From Heterostelium pallidum (lineage: Eukaryota): a stretch of DNA of 64,000 bases. Position 1 is the first letter of the stretch, and each line of letters begins with the position of its first letter. The stretch is from assembly GCF_000004825.1 (NCBI RefSeq), contig NW_008805072.1, positions 748,435 to 812,434 of the forward strand, given 5' to 3'. The notes beneath the pieces are model-generated. The model was not told where the DNA came from. It worked only from the letters and a program-made list of their open reading frames with translations, and did not search any database. Below, in pieces: positions 25,689 through 37,288 of this stretch. The translations under genes and the position numbers were made by a program.

Positions 25689-27509
25689 TTATACAGAGTA
25701 GAAATGAGTTTGTACCAAGAACCCGGTGACTGCTGCTATTGTAATTACAACTGGTGCCTTCAAGTCGAATAAACCAACCATGCCAATAACCAGTATACTG
25801 ATTATCGAGAATTCATATGTATATATTCCTTCGACCCATAGTGAAACAACTGACACTAAACTTAATGCAATGGTCGCTGTTTTTACACAATCCTATAGAA
25901 ATAAATGTTAAATTTTTAAATTATTGTGGTAATAATATTAATGATTTTTAAATCAGTTTGTATAGCTTACCAAAACTGATGTAAAAAATAAAGATGATTG
26001 TATCTTGTCCCAATAACCAAAGAATGAAATATTCAATAAGACACTCGGTAACATCAGACATACCCAGAGGAGTAATCCTACTTCTATATTGAATGTGGAA
26101 GAACCCAAGAATGCTGAGAAGTTCATAATGGAACCGGGTAACACTTGAACTATTGTATAACCTTTGAAGAACTCCTCGATTCTAATGAATTCTCTTATTG
26201 ATGAAAGAGTCAAAGGCAATACAAAATATCCACCGCCTCCTATCATCACCGATCCAATAATGAAGAATGTTTTGGCTAACTGAGCAACCAATGAATTCGG
26301 ATAAACAATACCACATATTTGAATGGTAAAGAGGAACAATATATATATTAAAAAGCAGATGGCTGATTGTGATTTAGATACACCACATCCATTTTTGATT
26401 GAAGTATAGTTATTATACTCATTGTTTATACAATCCTTTGAATCTACAACATCTACATTATGATGAATATTGAAATACTTTAGACGAGGTGTAACTTTTA
26501 TCAAAAGAAAATGAATTGAAATAATAAATAAGGAGCCAATCAAAACCAATGCTAATAATAATAACCAATTATTATAATATAAAGATAATGAGCAAACTAA
26601 AAAAAAAAAAGTTAATAAAATTTATAAAAACCTTATAAGTCATTAAATATTTACCAAAAAGAAATATTGATTTTGTATAAAAAGATTTAAAAACAAGAGG
26701 TAATCCATTATGTGATTTTAACATATCAAAAATTGATAAAATTAAAAATCCAACACCAGCAGATGAGAATCCACTTTCAATTCCTTTGATCCAATGAGGT
26801 ATATTAGTGTCTCTTAAATAGAATGACCAATAGCCCAAGAATAACATTATTCCTAATCCAAGACAATTATATAGAAAGAAAATAGCAATTGCCTTTGTAA
26901 ATTGAAGATACATTAATGAAATTATTAATAAATTCTAGAATTTTTTTAAAAAAATATTAATATTGTTTTACACAAAAATAGAATAATCTTCTTTTTAATA
27001 ATAATAAATACACTTGAAGGTCTAAAACCAAATTGAATAGGACTATTAGGATATAAATCAATTTTTCCAATCCTTTTCCCCAGAACTCTTTGGATATGAT
27101 ATAGTTGAGTACTATCATCTCCAAAAATCAACAACAACTCAATATAATCTCTTAGTGAAAGTTTTGGATTGTAATGAATATTATCTGTATCTTGTTTAAG
27201 TTCAGAAATAGATATATTCGAGTCTATCGAATCGGTATCTGAAATTGAAAGATTATTATTGTTATTCTTTTCAAAAGTACTATTATTATTACTTGATATA
27301 TTCTTATTTATAGAGTTTATGAAAGGTGAATTTCTTTGTTGACTGGAACCCCCACTCATATTGGTAATACTATTTCCTGTTATTCCTATTATACCGATAT
27401 TCTTTGTTGGTAAATTTAAATTCATTGATTTATCATCGTCGTAACCTCCACTATGTTTTAATTTATTATGAAAACTACTTAAATATTCATCTTTATCATT
27501 ATTTATCAT
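25689..27509 (-). CDS. CHR (chromate ion transporter, ChrA-like) family membrane protein with two CHR domains and an Asn/Ser-rich cytosolic N-terminus. 4 exons.
   Basis: Exon 1 (27509..about 27013) ends ...KLSLRDYIELLLIFGDDSTQLYHIQRVLGKRIGK..., matching the CHR start sLwelflvFLklG. Exons 2-3 give successive TM helices. The second CHR signature IGGGGYFVLPLTLSSIREFIRIEEFFKGYTIVQVLPGSIMNFSAFLGS matches the family pattern GGGyavLPll...eF.dglal.q.lPGP...fa.flG. Exon 4 (25892..25689) is VVITIAAVTGFLVQTHFYSV. Introns use GTATTT/GTAAAT/GTAAGC...AG. Confidence 0.5.
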
Positions 27510-27860
27510 CTTTATTTTTATTATTCTACTTTATCTATCTTTTTATTATTAGTGTTATTTACAAATAATTTAATGTACAAAATAAATAATATCTTTTTTT
27601 TTTTTTTTTTTTTTTATTGAATATAAATAAATGTGTTTAATTTAAATTTTTTCGTAGAGATAAAAAATGTTACCATGAATTCATAATATTATTTTAACGT
27701 CACCTTATAATCAATAATACTAAAGGTTATACAAACCCCCACAACCACACATTTTTAACCAAATATGAAAAAAATAAAAAAATGATTGTTATTAAATTTT
27801 GTTTTATTATATATTTACATTTTTGTTGTTTTGATTGATTGATTGATTTTTCAGATTACA

Positions 27861-29286
27861 CTAAAAAAGTGAAAAACAACATCTGTTTCTCTGATTTTTA
27901 ACCGGGTTATTTCGGGTCTGTAAAGAAGGTGGTGGTGCTGGGCTGACATTTTCGATTTTATCTAATCTTTGAGCAATCTTTGTCTGCGAGGATGGTGTTG
28001 TATTGGTAGCGCTACTCTTTTGTTGAGGTGAAACACTTGGTGTCGTTGTAGTTGTGTTTGTTGGGGTGGTAGTGGTGATTTGTATTGAGTTTCTTCTAGA
28101 GTTTGGCTTGATTTCACTGCTCTCTCCTGCACCTGCACCGATCGGAGTAATAGTTACACCGCTACTGTTGTTTGTATCCAACGATGAATTTGATGAAACC
28201 TTTCTAAAGTGACCTTTTGGTGCAGCGCCCAAAGATTGATCGATAGAGTTTGAACGTGATCTCGACTGCTGTGGAGTATTACTCTGTGAAGCCGGTGCAA
28301 CCTTTGCTATTTCATATTGTTTTGAAAGTAATTCATAAACTGACTCTCTTTTATCATTGAATTTTGTATAAACATACTAAAGTAATTTAAATCATTATTA
28401 ATAAACATATTGATCAATAATTATAACAATAGTAACTTACTTTTTCTGTCTTTGTATCGATTTGAATTGAATTCTTACTCTTTTCAGGCATAGAAATTTG
28501 AATTACATCTCTTAATTTAATTCTTGTCTGGAAATTAATAAAGATTTTAATAAATAAAAAGAAGTTAATAAATGAAAAGCAAGTATTTTTGATAATAATT
28601 ATATATTAATTACTTACTTTTTGATGACCAGATGTTAGTGCTGAATAAAAACAAATATAACTTTGTGAGAGATATAGCTTTCCGAAATGATTGAATGCAC
28701 CCTTTTGAGCACATCTGTATTCTTTGATGAGTGTTTCAGTTTCTGGTAGGTTGAAATGCTTGACGTGCGCCGCAGTAAAGTGATTGCCACTGGCCGTTAG
28801 ATTGTTGCTGTTGTTACTGTCGATGCTGAAGCTAAGTCTCGAATTCGATTGGTTGCCACTGGCTTCCCATTGACCCTCGATGAGAAGGAACGCCGACTCT
28901 GACTCTTTAAAGTGTAGTGGCATCGCTTTGCCATTGCGCTTTACAAGCTTCACGATCTGTTTGTTCTTGTCGTGCTCGATATCCAAAACGTCGCTGAAAG
29001 CAACAATCTTTTTTTTCTCTGACATCTTGATGACGATCTTGGAGACGAAACAGAGATGTGATTCAGTTACGTAGAGCTTTCCAGAGCGACCTTTATGTGA
29101 ACACTTCATCGTTGTTACTACAACCTCTGCAGGATCCAAATTGAATTTCTTGTGTAGCTTTTCATTCTCTTGTGATGTTTGCTTTTCCTTGTCAACCGAT
29201 ATGTTACGTTGGTGACCTTTTGACTTTGACGATGACTTTTTTGAACTATTACTTGATGCACTACTAACACTTTTATTATCACTCAT
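27861..29286 (-). CDS. Protein with two GRAM domains and a Ser/Thr-rich C-terminal region. 3 exons.
   Basis: The 226-aa exon 1 has two GRAM-like segments: KFNLDPAEVVVTTMKCSHKGRSGKLYVTESHLCFVSK and HFNLPETETLIKEYRCAQKGAFNHFGKLYLSQSYICFYS. A GTAATT...TTCCAG intron follows, then a short exon, a GTAAGT...TTTAG intron, and a last exon ending at 27861 that is rich in S/T/N/P. Confidence 0.7.
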
Positions 29287-30056
29287 TGTTGTTGCTTATT
29301 ATTTTTAATTTTATTCTTTTTGATTATTATGAATGTTATCTTTAATTTTATATATTTCTAAAAATAAAATCAATTAAACAGAGCAAGATTAATTCAAATA
29401 TTTAATATATTTTTTAATATGGATTGGATTAAAAAAAATAAAAAAAACAAATTAATTAAACTGAATTCTTGAATTTTGTTAACCAGGGCTGATTGTTTTT
29501 TTTTTTTACTTTAAAATTCATTCTTTTTGTCAAAATCGAAGAAGTTTAAATAAATTCTTTATAAGTTACAACCGTCATTATGATCAATATTATTTTCATT
29601 AGTAATCGTCGCATATATGATAATGTTTTTAATTACCAATTCTAGGTCACTCGCAAGCTGATTTGGTGCAACATTAATTTAATTAGTATATTCTACCTTT
29701 ATGTTTATTTTTATTTGTCCAGCACAATAGCAGGTACAAGTCGAGACATTCAACAAATCACATGTAACTCCGGTTTTATTGTTGTAAGATGGATCAATCT
29801 TCTGACAATACTAATCCCCTAAGTGTTCGAGGACAAAAACATTCGGAGTGGTGTAACATGTAGCCACTTCTATTTGAATGATAATAAGAGATCTGGGTGG
29901 TCTGTAACGTCTAATTAGATATTGTCGTTTATGCTTTTATTCAGTTGTCGATTCATTCTGTAGAGATTTTTATATAATTAAAGAAATGAAATGAATACTT
30001 TATTGTTTATTAATAAAAATACTATCGATAAATATTTTGTGAACTTCATCAAAAAA

Positions 30057-30127
30057 GCGTTGTTGGTCTAGTGGCAGAATTCTTGCCTTCCAAGCAGGAG
30101 ACCCGGGTTCGATTCCCGGACAACGCA
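30057..30127 (+). tRNA. tRNA-Gly (anticodon UCC)
   Basis: GCGTTGTTGGTCTAGTGGCAGAATTCTTGCCTTCCAAGCAGGAGACCCGGGTTCGATTCCCGGACAACGCA. The acceptor stem GCGTTGT/ACAACGC is perfect, the anticodon loop is CTTCCAA, and the T arm is CCGGG-TTCGATT-CCCGG. It closely resembles metazoan tRNA-Gly-TCC. TTTT follows directly at 30128-30131. Confidence 0.9.
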
Positions 30128-30174
30128 TTTTAATTTTGTGAGTTTCCTTACCGCCTGCGGTAAGTGCAGGTGTC

Positions 30175-30180
30175 AAAAAA
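30175..30180 (-). terminator. Pol III T6 terminator for tRNA-Arg
   Basis: AATTTTTT lies immediately 3' of the tRNA on the minus strand. Confidence 0.55.
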
Positions 30181-30182
30181 TT

Positions 30183-30255
30183 TGAGACATGCAGGGCTTG
30201 AACCTGCGACCTATTGGTTCGTAGCCAATCGCTCTTCCAACTGAGCTAAAGTCCC
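30183..30255 (-). tRNA. tRNA-Arg (anticodon ACG), convergent with tRNA-Gly. It has one U-U mismatch in the acceptor stem.
   Basis: The minus strand reads GGGACTTTAGCTCAGTTGGAAGAGCGATTGGCTACGAACCAATAGGTCGCAGGTTCAAGCCCTGCATGTCTCA. D arm GCTC/GAGC, anticodon stem ATTGG/CCAAT with loop CTACGAA, T arm GCAGG-TTCAAGC-CCTGC. In the acceptor stem GGGACTT/ATGTCTC, pair 6-67 is U-U and pair 2-71 is G-U. A T6 terminator follows on the minus strand (plus-strand A6 at 30175-30180). Confidence 0.65.
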
Positions 30256-32136
30256 TTTGATGTTGGAGAAGAGGTATTTTTAATTTTTTTTTTTTTAAAA
30301 CCCACTAGCAATAAATCCATTTAAGTATTCAAGATAAGAGAATATTTTATCAAAAAAATTGATGATATGAATGGATAACCAGGTTATTGTTGATCAGAAT
30401 CTTTACAAGTTAAACTACTTTCTATGAAAGTGCTACAATTTTTTTAATTTATTACTCTGGTTTAGAACTAGCTTGTAGAGTGTGGATGAGAACTATGCTT
30501 TTTGATATCTCCAATGTCATGAACAGAATGACAAGAAATCATGACTTGCAAATTCTCGCCATTTAAACTATTGGGTAATGATTATTTTTGTAAAACAGCT
30601 TATATCTTTTGGTAAGAGTGCTTAAATTTTTTAATGTTGTGCAAAAAAAAATAATATTAAATATTTTATTGACTAAATAATCTTGAATCTGAATTTATTG
30701 CTAAAAAATGATTTAAATTTTTGTGGAGGGTTAGGATCGATGGTGCGAAGATCACCGTTTTTCAACCTTTTTTTTTATTTTATTTTTAATTAATTTTTGG
30801 TACCAAAAATTCTGTCAGAGAAATTATTCCTTTAAAACTTTCAGACTTTTTAATTTTTCAACCACAAAAAAAAATAAATAATCAATTCCACTTGCATACT
30901 GAATGTTATTACTGTAATTCAACTACCTCTTTCATTAAAAAAAAAACAAAACAAAAAAAAACAAAAACTATTCTCAAAATGATGAAATCAAAAATGATGT
31001 GTATCAATAAGAGGTATTAAAATGAGAAAAGGTTCAACAGCCATACAAAAATGTTATGAGAGCTAGCAAACAGCAGAAGCATACAAAAACAACAAAATAT
31101 ATTAGAGATTAAGAGAAAGAGACAAACAGACATATTAATTGTATATTTATTTTGTTTTTTTTTAATATTTTACTTTCTCTTTTTTTTTTTTCTTTTCAAA
31201 ACAAAGCTGTGAAAATCATAAATAATCCGGATAAATAAATAAATAATTGTATAGAGATTTAAAACTACTTATAATAAATACTATATATTTTTACATACTC
31301 ACACATTAAAATCTTATACTTATTTCAAACATCTTCAGTTACAGTTAAAAAAAAAAAAAAAAACAAAACAGATAAAGATTTTCAACACAATTTTATTAAA
31401 ATATAAATTTAAATCATACATATATATTTATTTATTTATTTATAATTATTCTTTTTTTAAAATCTTATCTTTTTATCCTTTTTTTTTCTCATAATAGTAT
31501 AAAAAGTAATAGAAATAAATAGCAGTTCAAAAAATAAGATAAAAAAAGAAATTGTATAATTTATCTAGATTATTACAATTTTTTATTTTTTTTTAAAAAA
31601 AATACACAACAATATTTCAAATGAAAAGAAAAAAGAATGGGACTACATAAACCTAATTTAATTGTACTTCTCATTCTTGTTCTTATGTTTGTATTATTGA
31701 TTGTTTCATTTTCATGTATGTCAAATTAATAACCAACATTGATCAAATCAATCCTTCTATTTCAACACATACATTCAAATGATCTACAAAAAAATGACCT
31801 TAGATATTCCAACATTCGATATTAATATTCAAAATTAATCAATTTTTTTTTTTTGTCTTTTACCAAAATTTGATCTTATCTCATTTTTTTTTTCTCTATT
31901 TTTAACAAAACTTCTTATTCTTTATTTTCTTCTCTTCTCTTCTCTTTTTTTTTTATTTTTATTTTATTTTTTAATTCTCCTTCTTCTTTTTTAAACAAAC
32001 AAAAGCATCATGGTATAAAACTAGTATTAGAGGACCAGATCATTTAGTTAGTTATATACAATATAAATATGATTCAATACAGAATATAACAAAGTCGAAT
32101 GCAACGATACGGATTGAATGGAACAGTGATCAACAA

Positions 32137-32562
32137 ATGCCAAACGCAAAGAGGATATTTCAATTGTCGTTTGCATTTACAATAGTTGCTTGGGTTTTCA
32201 CAGTGGTCAACATTACATTGATTGGATTTTCGCTGGGTGGATATCTGAAAAAGATACCTCCATGTGTACCTATCAACAATATCGTTAGATTCCTTCCGAT
32301 TGGCATGCTGATATTTACATTGCTTTCGGTATTTACATTTCTTGGACTGCCGCGCGCCATTGACCAAGACTGCTGGGAGCACGATAACTTTGGTTTACTC
32401 TGTCAACCAGAAGAACAGCGAGACAGACTAGTTGGATCACTAAACGAAGGAAACATTTCATGGGGACCAATCGAAGGTTGGTTTTGTTGTCTTATTTCAT
32501 CTGCCTTATCTTTGGCAGCAACTGCAGTTTCAATTATATCATCTCGTTATACAAGCATGTAA
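32137..32562 (+). CDS. Small multi-pass membrane protein of about 141 aa, family unrecognised
   Basis: ORF with three or four hydrophobic helices (FAFTIVAWVFTVVNITLIGFSLGG; FLPIGMLIFTLLSVFTFLGL; WFCCLISSALSLAATAVSII). Coding-like GC content is flanked by AT-rich DNA. Confidence 0.4.
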   Translation: MPNAKRIFQLSFAFTIVAWVFTVVNITLIGFSLGGYLKKIPPCVPINNIVRFLPIGMLIFTLLSVFTFLGLPRAIDQDCWEHDNFGLLCQPEEQRDRLVGSLNEGNISWGPIEGWFCCLISSALSLAATAVSIISSRYTSM

Positions 32563-32923
32563 AAATATCACGGTCAATAATAATAACAAAAACAACAACA
32601 TCAACAATAATAATAGTAATAGTAATACTTTTATCAAATCGATAAATCAACAAAACACAAATCCCTCATTTAGAAAAATATATGTTTTTTGCTTATAAGA
32701 ATATTATAAAGTTAACATATATAACTATATATATTATATATATATGATTCAATACAATATAAATAATCTAATAATATTTATATTTTAATCAATTCTCAAT
32801 TTAATTATTTTATTTTATTTTAATAAATAAAAATATAATATGTACAATTTAATTTAAAAAGTTTAATTAATAGTTTTACAAAAACTATTTTTTATTTTAT
32901 TTTATTTATGTTTTATTTTTATT

Positions 32924-33889
32924 TTATTGGATTTTTACTACAATTCTACCTTCATCTGGCTGTCCACCCCAATTTGATTCGATATCTTTCAAATCAACCA
33001 CTTTGAGATGAAGTTTAAGTTGACCGCTCTTGACTGTTTGTAATAATGAGTTGAGATTTTCAACGTTGAACTTTTCGATGGCACCGGCTGGGAATGAACC
33101 AAGACCGGATCCAAGAATTTCGATTGCTGTCGATCTGAGAAGTGATGACTTTACATTGACGGTTGGTCCTGCCATCTCACCGACCGATACATAACGAACC
33201 TGTTGGTAGTCGTGTCCAGTTCCGATCAGCCCGGTCAATACCAACTCGGCTGGCTTGCCCCAAATGTAATCGATGACAACGCTGATCGGTGATTCAGCAT
33301 GTAGCTTCTTGACCTGTGAAATGATAGCTTCGTCTGTCTGTGCCAGAGAGATAATCTCGTCAGCACCCAAGTTGTTTTTCAACTCGTCCAACGAAGCTTG
33401 GTTACGTCCGGTGGCGATTACTCGCTTGGCACCGTAGATCTTTGCCAATTGAACGGCTGCCTTGCCTGTGAATCCGGTGGCACCATTGATTAGCACGGTG
33501 TCCCCCTCTTTGATTTGACCACGAATCTTCAATGCCATACCGGCACCGAGAACTGCATTTGGCAGAGCAGCGGCAGCCAATGGATCGGTATCCTTATCCA
33601 AGACAACCCACTTTCCTTTGGTGACCAACGCTTTCTCTGCGATCATACCGGTGATACCCCAACAATAGATGAGAGTACCATCGTCCAACTGTGCAACACC
33701 ATCGACACCAACAGTACATGGGAAATCTTTGTATGGCAAATAGTGTCTACCGTTGGATCTACTGATATCTAATTGCTTAACGGTCGATGCCAATACCTTT
33801 ACTACAACTTGTTGATCGTTTTGTGGTACTGGTTCATCGATATCAGCATACTTTGGTGTTCCAAGACTATATAATACTGCTCCTTTCAT
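32924..33889 (-). CDS. Zinc-type alcohol dehydrogenase / quinone oxidoreductase-like protein (MDR superfamily). Single exon.
   Basis: 321-aa ORF with the Rossmann NAD(P)-binding motif GDTVLINGATGFTGKAAVQLAKIYGAKRVIATGRN and an MDR N-terminal catalytic-domain pattern (MKGAVLYSLGTPKYADIDEPVPQNDQQVVVKVLAS). Confidence 0.8.
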   Translation of the reverse strand: MKGAVLYSLGTPKYADIDEPVPQNDQQVVVKVLASTVKQLDISRSNGRHYLPYKDFPCTVGVDGVAQLDDGTLIYCWGITGMIAEKALVTKGKWVVLDKDTDPLAAAALPNAVLGAGMALKIRGQIKEGDTVLINGATGFTGKAAVQLAKIYGAKRVIATGRNQASLDELKNNLGADEIISLAQTDEAIISQVKKLHAESPISVVIDYIWGKPAELVLTGLIGTGHDYQQVRYVSVGEMAGPTVNVKSSLLRSTAIEILGSGLGSFPAGAIEKFNVENLNSLLQTVKSGQLKLHLKVVDLKDIESNWGGQPDEGRIVVKIQ

Positions 33890-33930
33890 TGTTATTGTTG
33901 TTTTAATATATATATATATATTAATAAAAA

Positions 33931-34110
33931 AAATGTAATAAATAAGTTATTTTGAAATGATTAATAATTTTGTTATTACTGATTTGATTATAAATATTTG
34001 TTAAATTTAGTTTTATAGAATAAAGTGTAAAATTAATGTAATAAATAAGTTATTTTGAAATGATTAATAATTTTGTTATTACTGATTTGATTATAAATAT
34101 TTGTTGTTAT
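33931..34110. repeat. Direct repeat of two about 75-bp copies separated by about 30 bp, in the 5' flank of the oxidoreductase gene
   Basis: AATGTAATAAATAAGTTATTTTGAAATGATTAATAATTTTGTTATTACTGATTTGATTATAAATATTTGTT occurs at 33931-34005 and again at 34036-34110. It is followed by the palindrome TTCAAGAATCTATTCTTGAA (34112-34131) and a third GGGTTCTTGAA half-site. Confidence 0.8.
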
Positions 34111-34393
34111 GTTCAAGAATCTATTCTTGAACTTTCATTACAGGGTTCTTGAATTTTTTTTAAAGCACTTATTCCGGAGTGTTTTTTAAATTAAATCATC
34201 AAAATTTTCAGAAAGTGGTGAACCAAAATCGGATCATTAATGACGTTGTTTTTTTTTTATTACAATTCCTTTTTTAGTTAGTGACACTTTAATTAGTTTT
34301 CATTGATCGATTATATATGTTGACACTTTTTTTTAGGTTTTTTTAGTTTTTTGAAATATATTTTTGATTTTTTTTTGATAATAATTATTATTT

Positions 34394-36944
34394 TTATAAA
34401 TCTTTAGATACTAAGAAATGTTTGATAAAGTCAGCTTTCTTTTTGACAGTGATTGCGTCTGATGTTTGTTGAGCTAACGGTGATGATGGACTTGGTCTTA
34501 ATAGTACAGTGGAGAATATGATTGCCAATTGGTCGGCTGTCAGTTTGTTTTCGGGATGTTTCAGTACTTCCACCAAGAACGATACCAAATAGAAAAATAC
34601 ATTGTAGTTGATCGACGGTAGATGTGATATGAGTGTCTTGCAGGAGAGCGCTGTCGACGATGCATCCAATGCCTGTTGGTACATGGCGAATGGAATGACC
34701 GGTTCGACCAGGTACTCGAGGAAACGAATGAGACACTCGGCAACCGAGTGGATTCCGACCTGCGATGGAATCGGCAATTGTTTATCCAACGCCTCCACGA
34801 CCAACTCCATCTCACGCGCCACACCAGACTCGAGGAAGAGCGACTCCTCGCGCATTCCAGTCGTATAGATATAGTCGATCATGTGCCACAGTTCCTTCGG
34901 TATGGAAAGACGCTTCTGCTCTGCATTGATAGGTACGCCACTCGCTATGGGACCAGAGAAGCGAACCAGATTATCCAGTGAGTTACCCATAAACGTTTGT
35001 TGGAACTTGCCAGACACCGAGATGAAATAGTCCTTGCCATTCTCGAGATGCAGAATCAAGATGTCGTCCATGGGATCGCCGGCAATGTTGAGCGGTGCCG
35101 AAGTGGTGCTGTCGACACACACTGTCAGGTCGATGGTGACACGCTCCTTTGGAATCATCATGCCTGCTATCGGTGCAATCTTTAGCCACGGCTTACAGAG
35201 TATGCGCTCGTCGAGCTTCGGAATGAATTTGAATCGTGCAATCACCTGTCCGACGTTCTCCAGTACCAACTGTCGTGTGACAGGCACCATGAATCTGACG
35301 GATTCGAAATCGACTTGGTTGGTGTTTATGGTGGCATCGGGCATCGAGTCATTCTCCTTCTTGTCGAGTTCCTTTACGATCTCCTGGTAGATACGACTCT
35401 TGGCGTCGGGAATGACAACACGCACCTTTATAATGAACGAAGCCGACACTGGACGATGGTCCGACGACAACAGCTCGTGACGACGATACGAGAGGATTCC
35501 GACGTTCTCCGCCTTCTTGTGAGTCTTCCAAAGAATACGATCGCACCAAGCTGGAGTACGCTTTTTCTCACTGGAATCATAATCGTTGGTTCCAGGATCG
35601 TACTTGTAGGTGGGTGCAAAACTGATGGGTGGCTCTTGAAATCCTTCGAAAGCAGCGCCACTCTTCATCTGTAAATATAACTGATCCGCTAAAAACAATG
35701 AATAAAAATCTTTCTGTATAATCTTATCTCTAACCTCTTGATCCGGTAATGGTATTCTATAATTTAAATCACCAATCCAAAATAGTTGACTATTCAAAAT
35801 AAAATAGATATGTTAATATATATATAAGTTATCTATCTATCTATCTGTCTATCGATCAGTGTTTGTTTAGCATGGTTGATTCCTTACTCATGATCGAATA
35901 TATTTAAAAATGTTGATCCATCTTCCGCAGCGAATTTCAATGTACGTGCGATATCTTTCATATCTTGGTTACGACGAAGTATGTTTTCCATGTGTGCGTT
36001 GAGATGAGAGTTGATAATGCAGATCGATGTGTTGTAGAATTGGAATCGTACGGCAACACCACCCTTGTTTCCCATCATACCCATGATTCCAACGGCTGCA
36101 ATGTCCGAGAGTACGTGTGTGATGTGTGGACGGTGCTCCTTCCTGACGTATACAAACAGCAGGATACCAACAAGTTGTCTCGACAGTAGCTTTACATATT
36201 CACCCTGGGTGGCGAGTGATGCGGCGATTGCCTGCTCCCATGGCAATGCTCGCGTGGTATCACCCAGTAGCAATGCTTCGGCGGTGAGATCCAGTTCTTG
36301 GAAACCGATCGCGTAGATGTCTGGCGAGAGAGCGGCACCGGCCGAAGCAGAGAGTCCGCCACCCTCGACGCCGGCACCTGGACACAGCCACTGGTCGAGT
36401 GACTCTGCCGGCTTCTTGCCATTGACATTCCAAGTTCCAAGAAATATCACCATATTCTCCTTCTTGGTGAACTCTGGTTCACGTTCTTTCAGCTTATTGC
36501 TAATCCAGGCACCATTGACATCGACCGATTTGTAAACCACGGGTGGCAGTGGTTTCTGATGTTGATGATTGATACCATTGAGCGATGCTTTCACCGATGC
36601 ATTAGATACACCTACATCTGCTGCAACTGTTGCTGTCGATGATGCTGTTGAAGCTAAACAATATTATAGTAGCAGTGGTGGTATGATCATCATATTAATT
36701 AATCATATGTAAAAAAAAAAACAATAAAAATAAAAAGATTGAAAATATAATCAATCAAAAAACATAACATACCTTCATTATTATTATTATTATTTACACT
36801 GTTATTATTATTATTATTATTATTTGATACACTATTAGAAGAGTTTGATAAAGTTTGTGGTTGATTGGTTGTACTATTACTATTACTATTATTGCTGTTG
36901 CTGTTGTTAGTATTGTTAACGTTTGTACTTTCCATTGTTAACAA
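34394..36944 (-). CDS. OCRL/INPP5B-like inositol polyphosphate 5-phosphatase with a C-terminal ASH-RhoGAP region. At least 3 exons.
   Basis: Exon 1 (36944..about 36775) is an Asn/Ser-rich N-terminus. Exon 2 (about 36657..35884) holds the start of the 5-phosphatase domain (FLGTWNVNGKKP...GFQELDL...). Exon 3 (about 35810..34394) carries the catalytic motifs WIGDLNYRI and PAWCDRILWK, followed by a RhoGAP-like segment (LFLESGVAREMELVVEALDKQLPIPSQVGIHSVAECLIRFLEYLVEPVIPF). Introns use GTATGT/GTAAGG...AG. Confidence 0.8.
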
Positions 36945-37252
36945 TAAAAACTTTGATTAAATATTTGAATATTGATTAATTGTGATTTTCCAATAGGTCT
37001 ACAAGTAAACTAAACATTGATTATTAAAATATTTGAAATTCTATTTGTAATAACCCCGATGTATTGATTTGATTGATTGATTGCTAACAACAATTATGAC
37101 CAAAAAAAATATTTTGAAAAAAAAAAAATTAAAAAACTAATCAAAAATTGGATTTTTTTGGTTTTTCAATACTGACCAATTAATTATTGTATTTTGTGTG
37201 TAACCCAAAAAAAATACATAGTTCTACAAAAATGTATTCATTGAATATTCAA

Positions 37253-37288
<36 letters not shown>

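Noticed and set aside
34431-35661. About ten overlapping ORFs of 60-120 aa
   Set aside because: All lie inside the 5-phosphatase catalytic/RhoGAP exon, whose sequence is unusually GC-balanced. They are frame artefacts.
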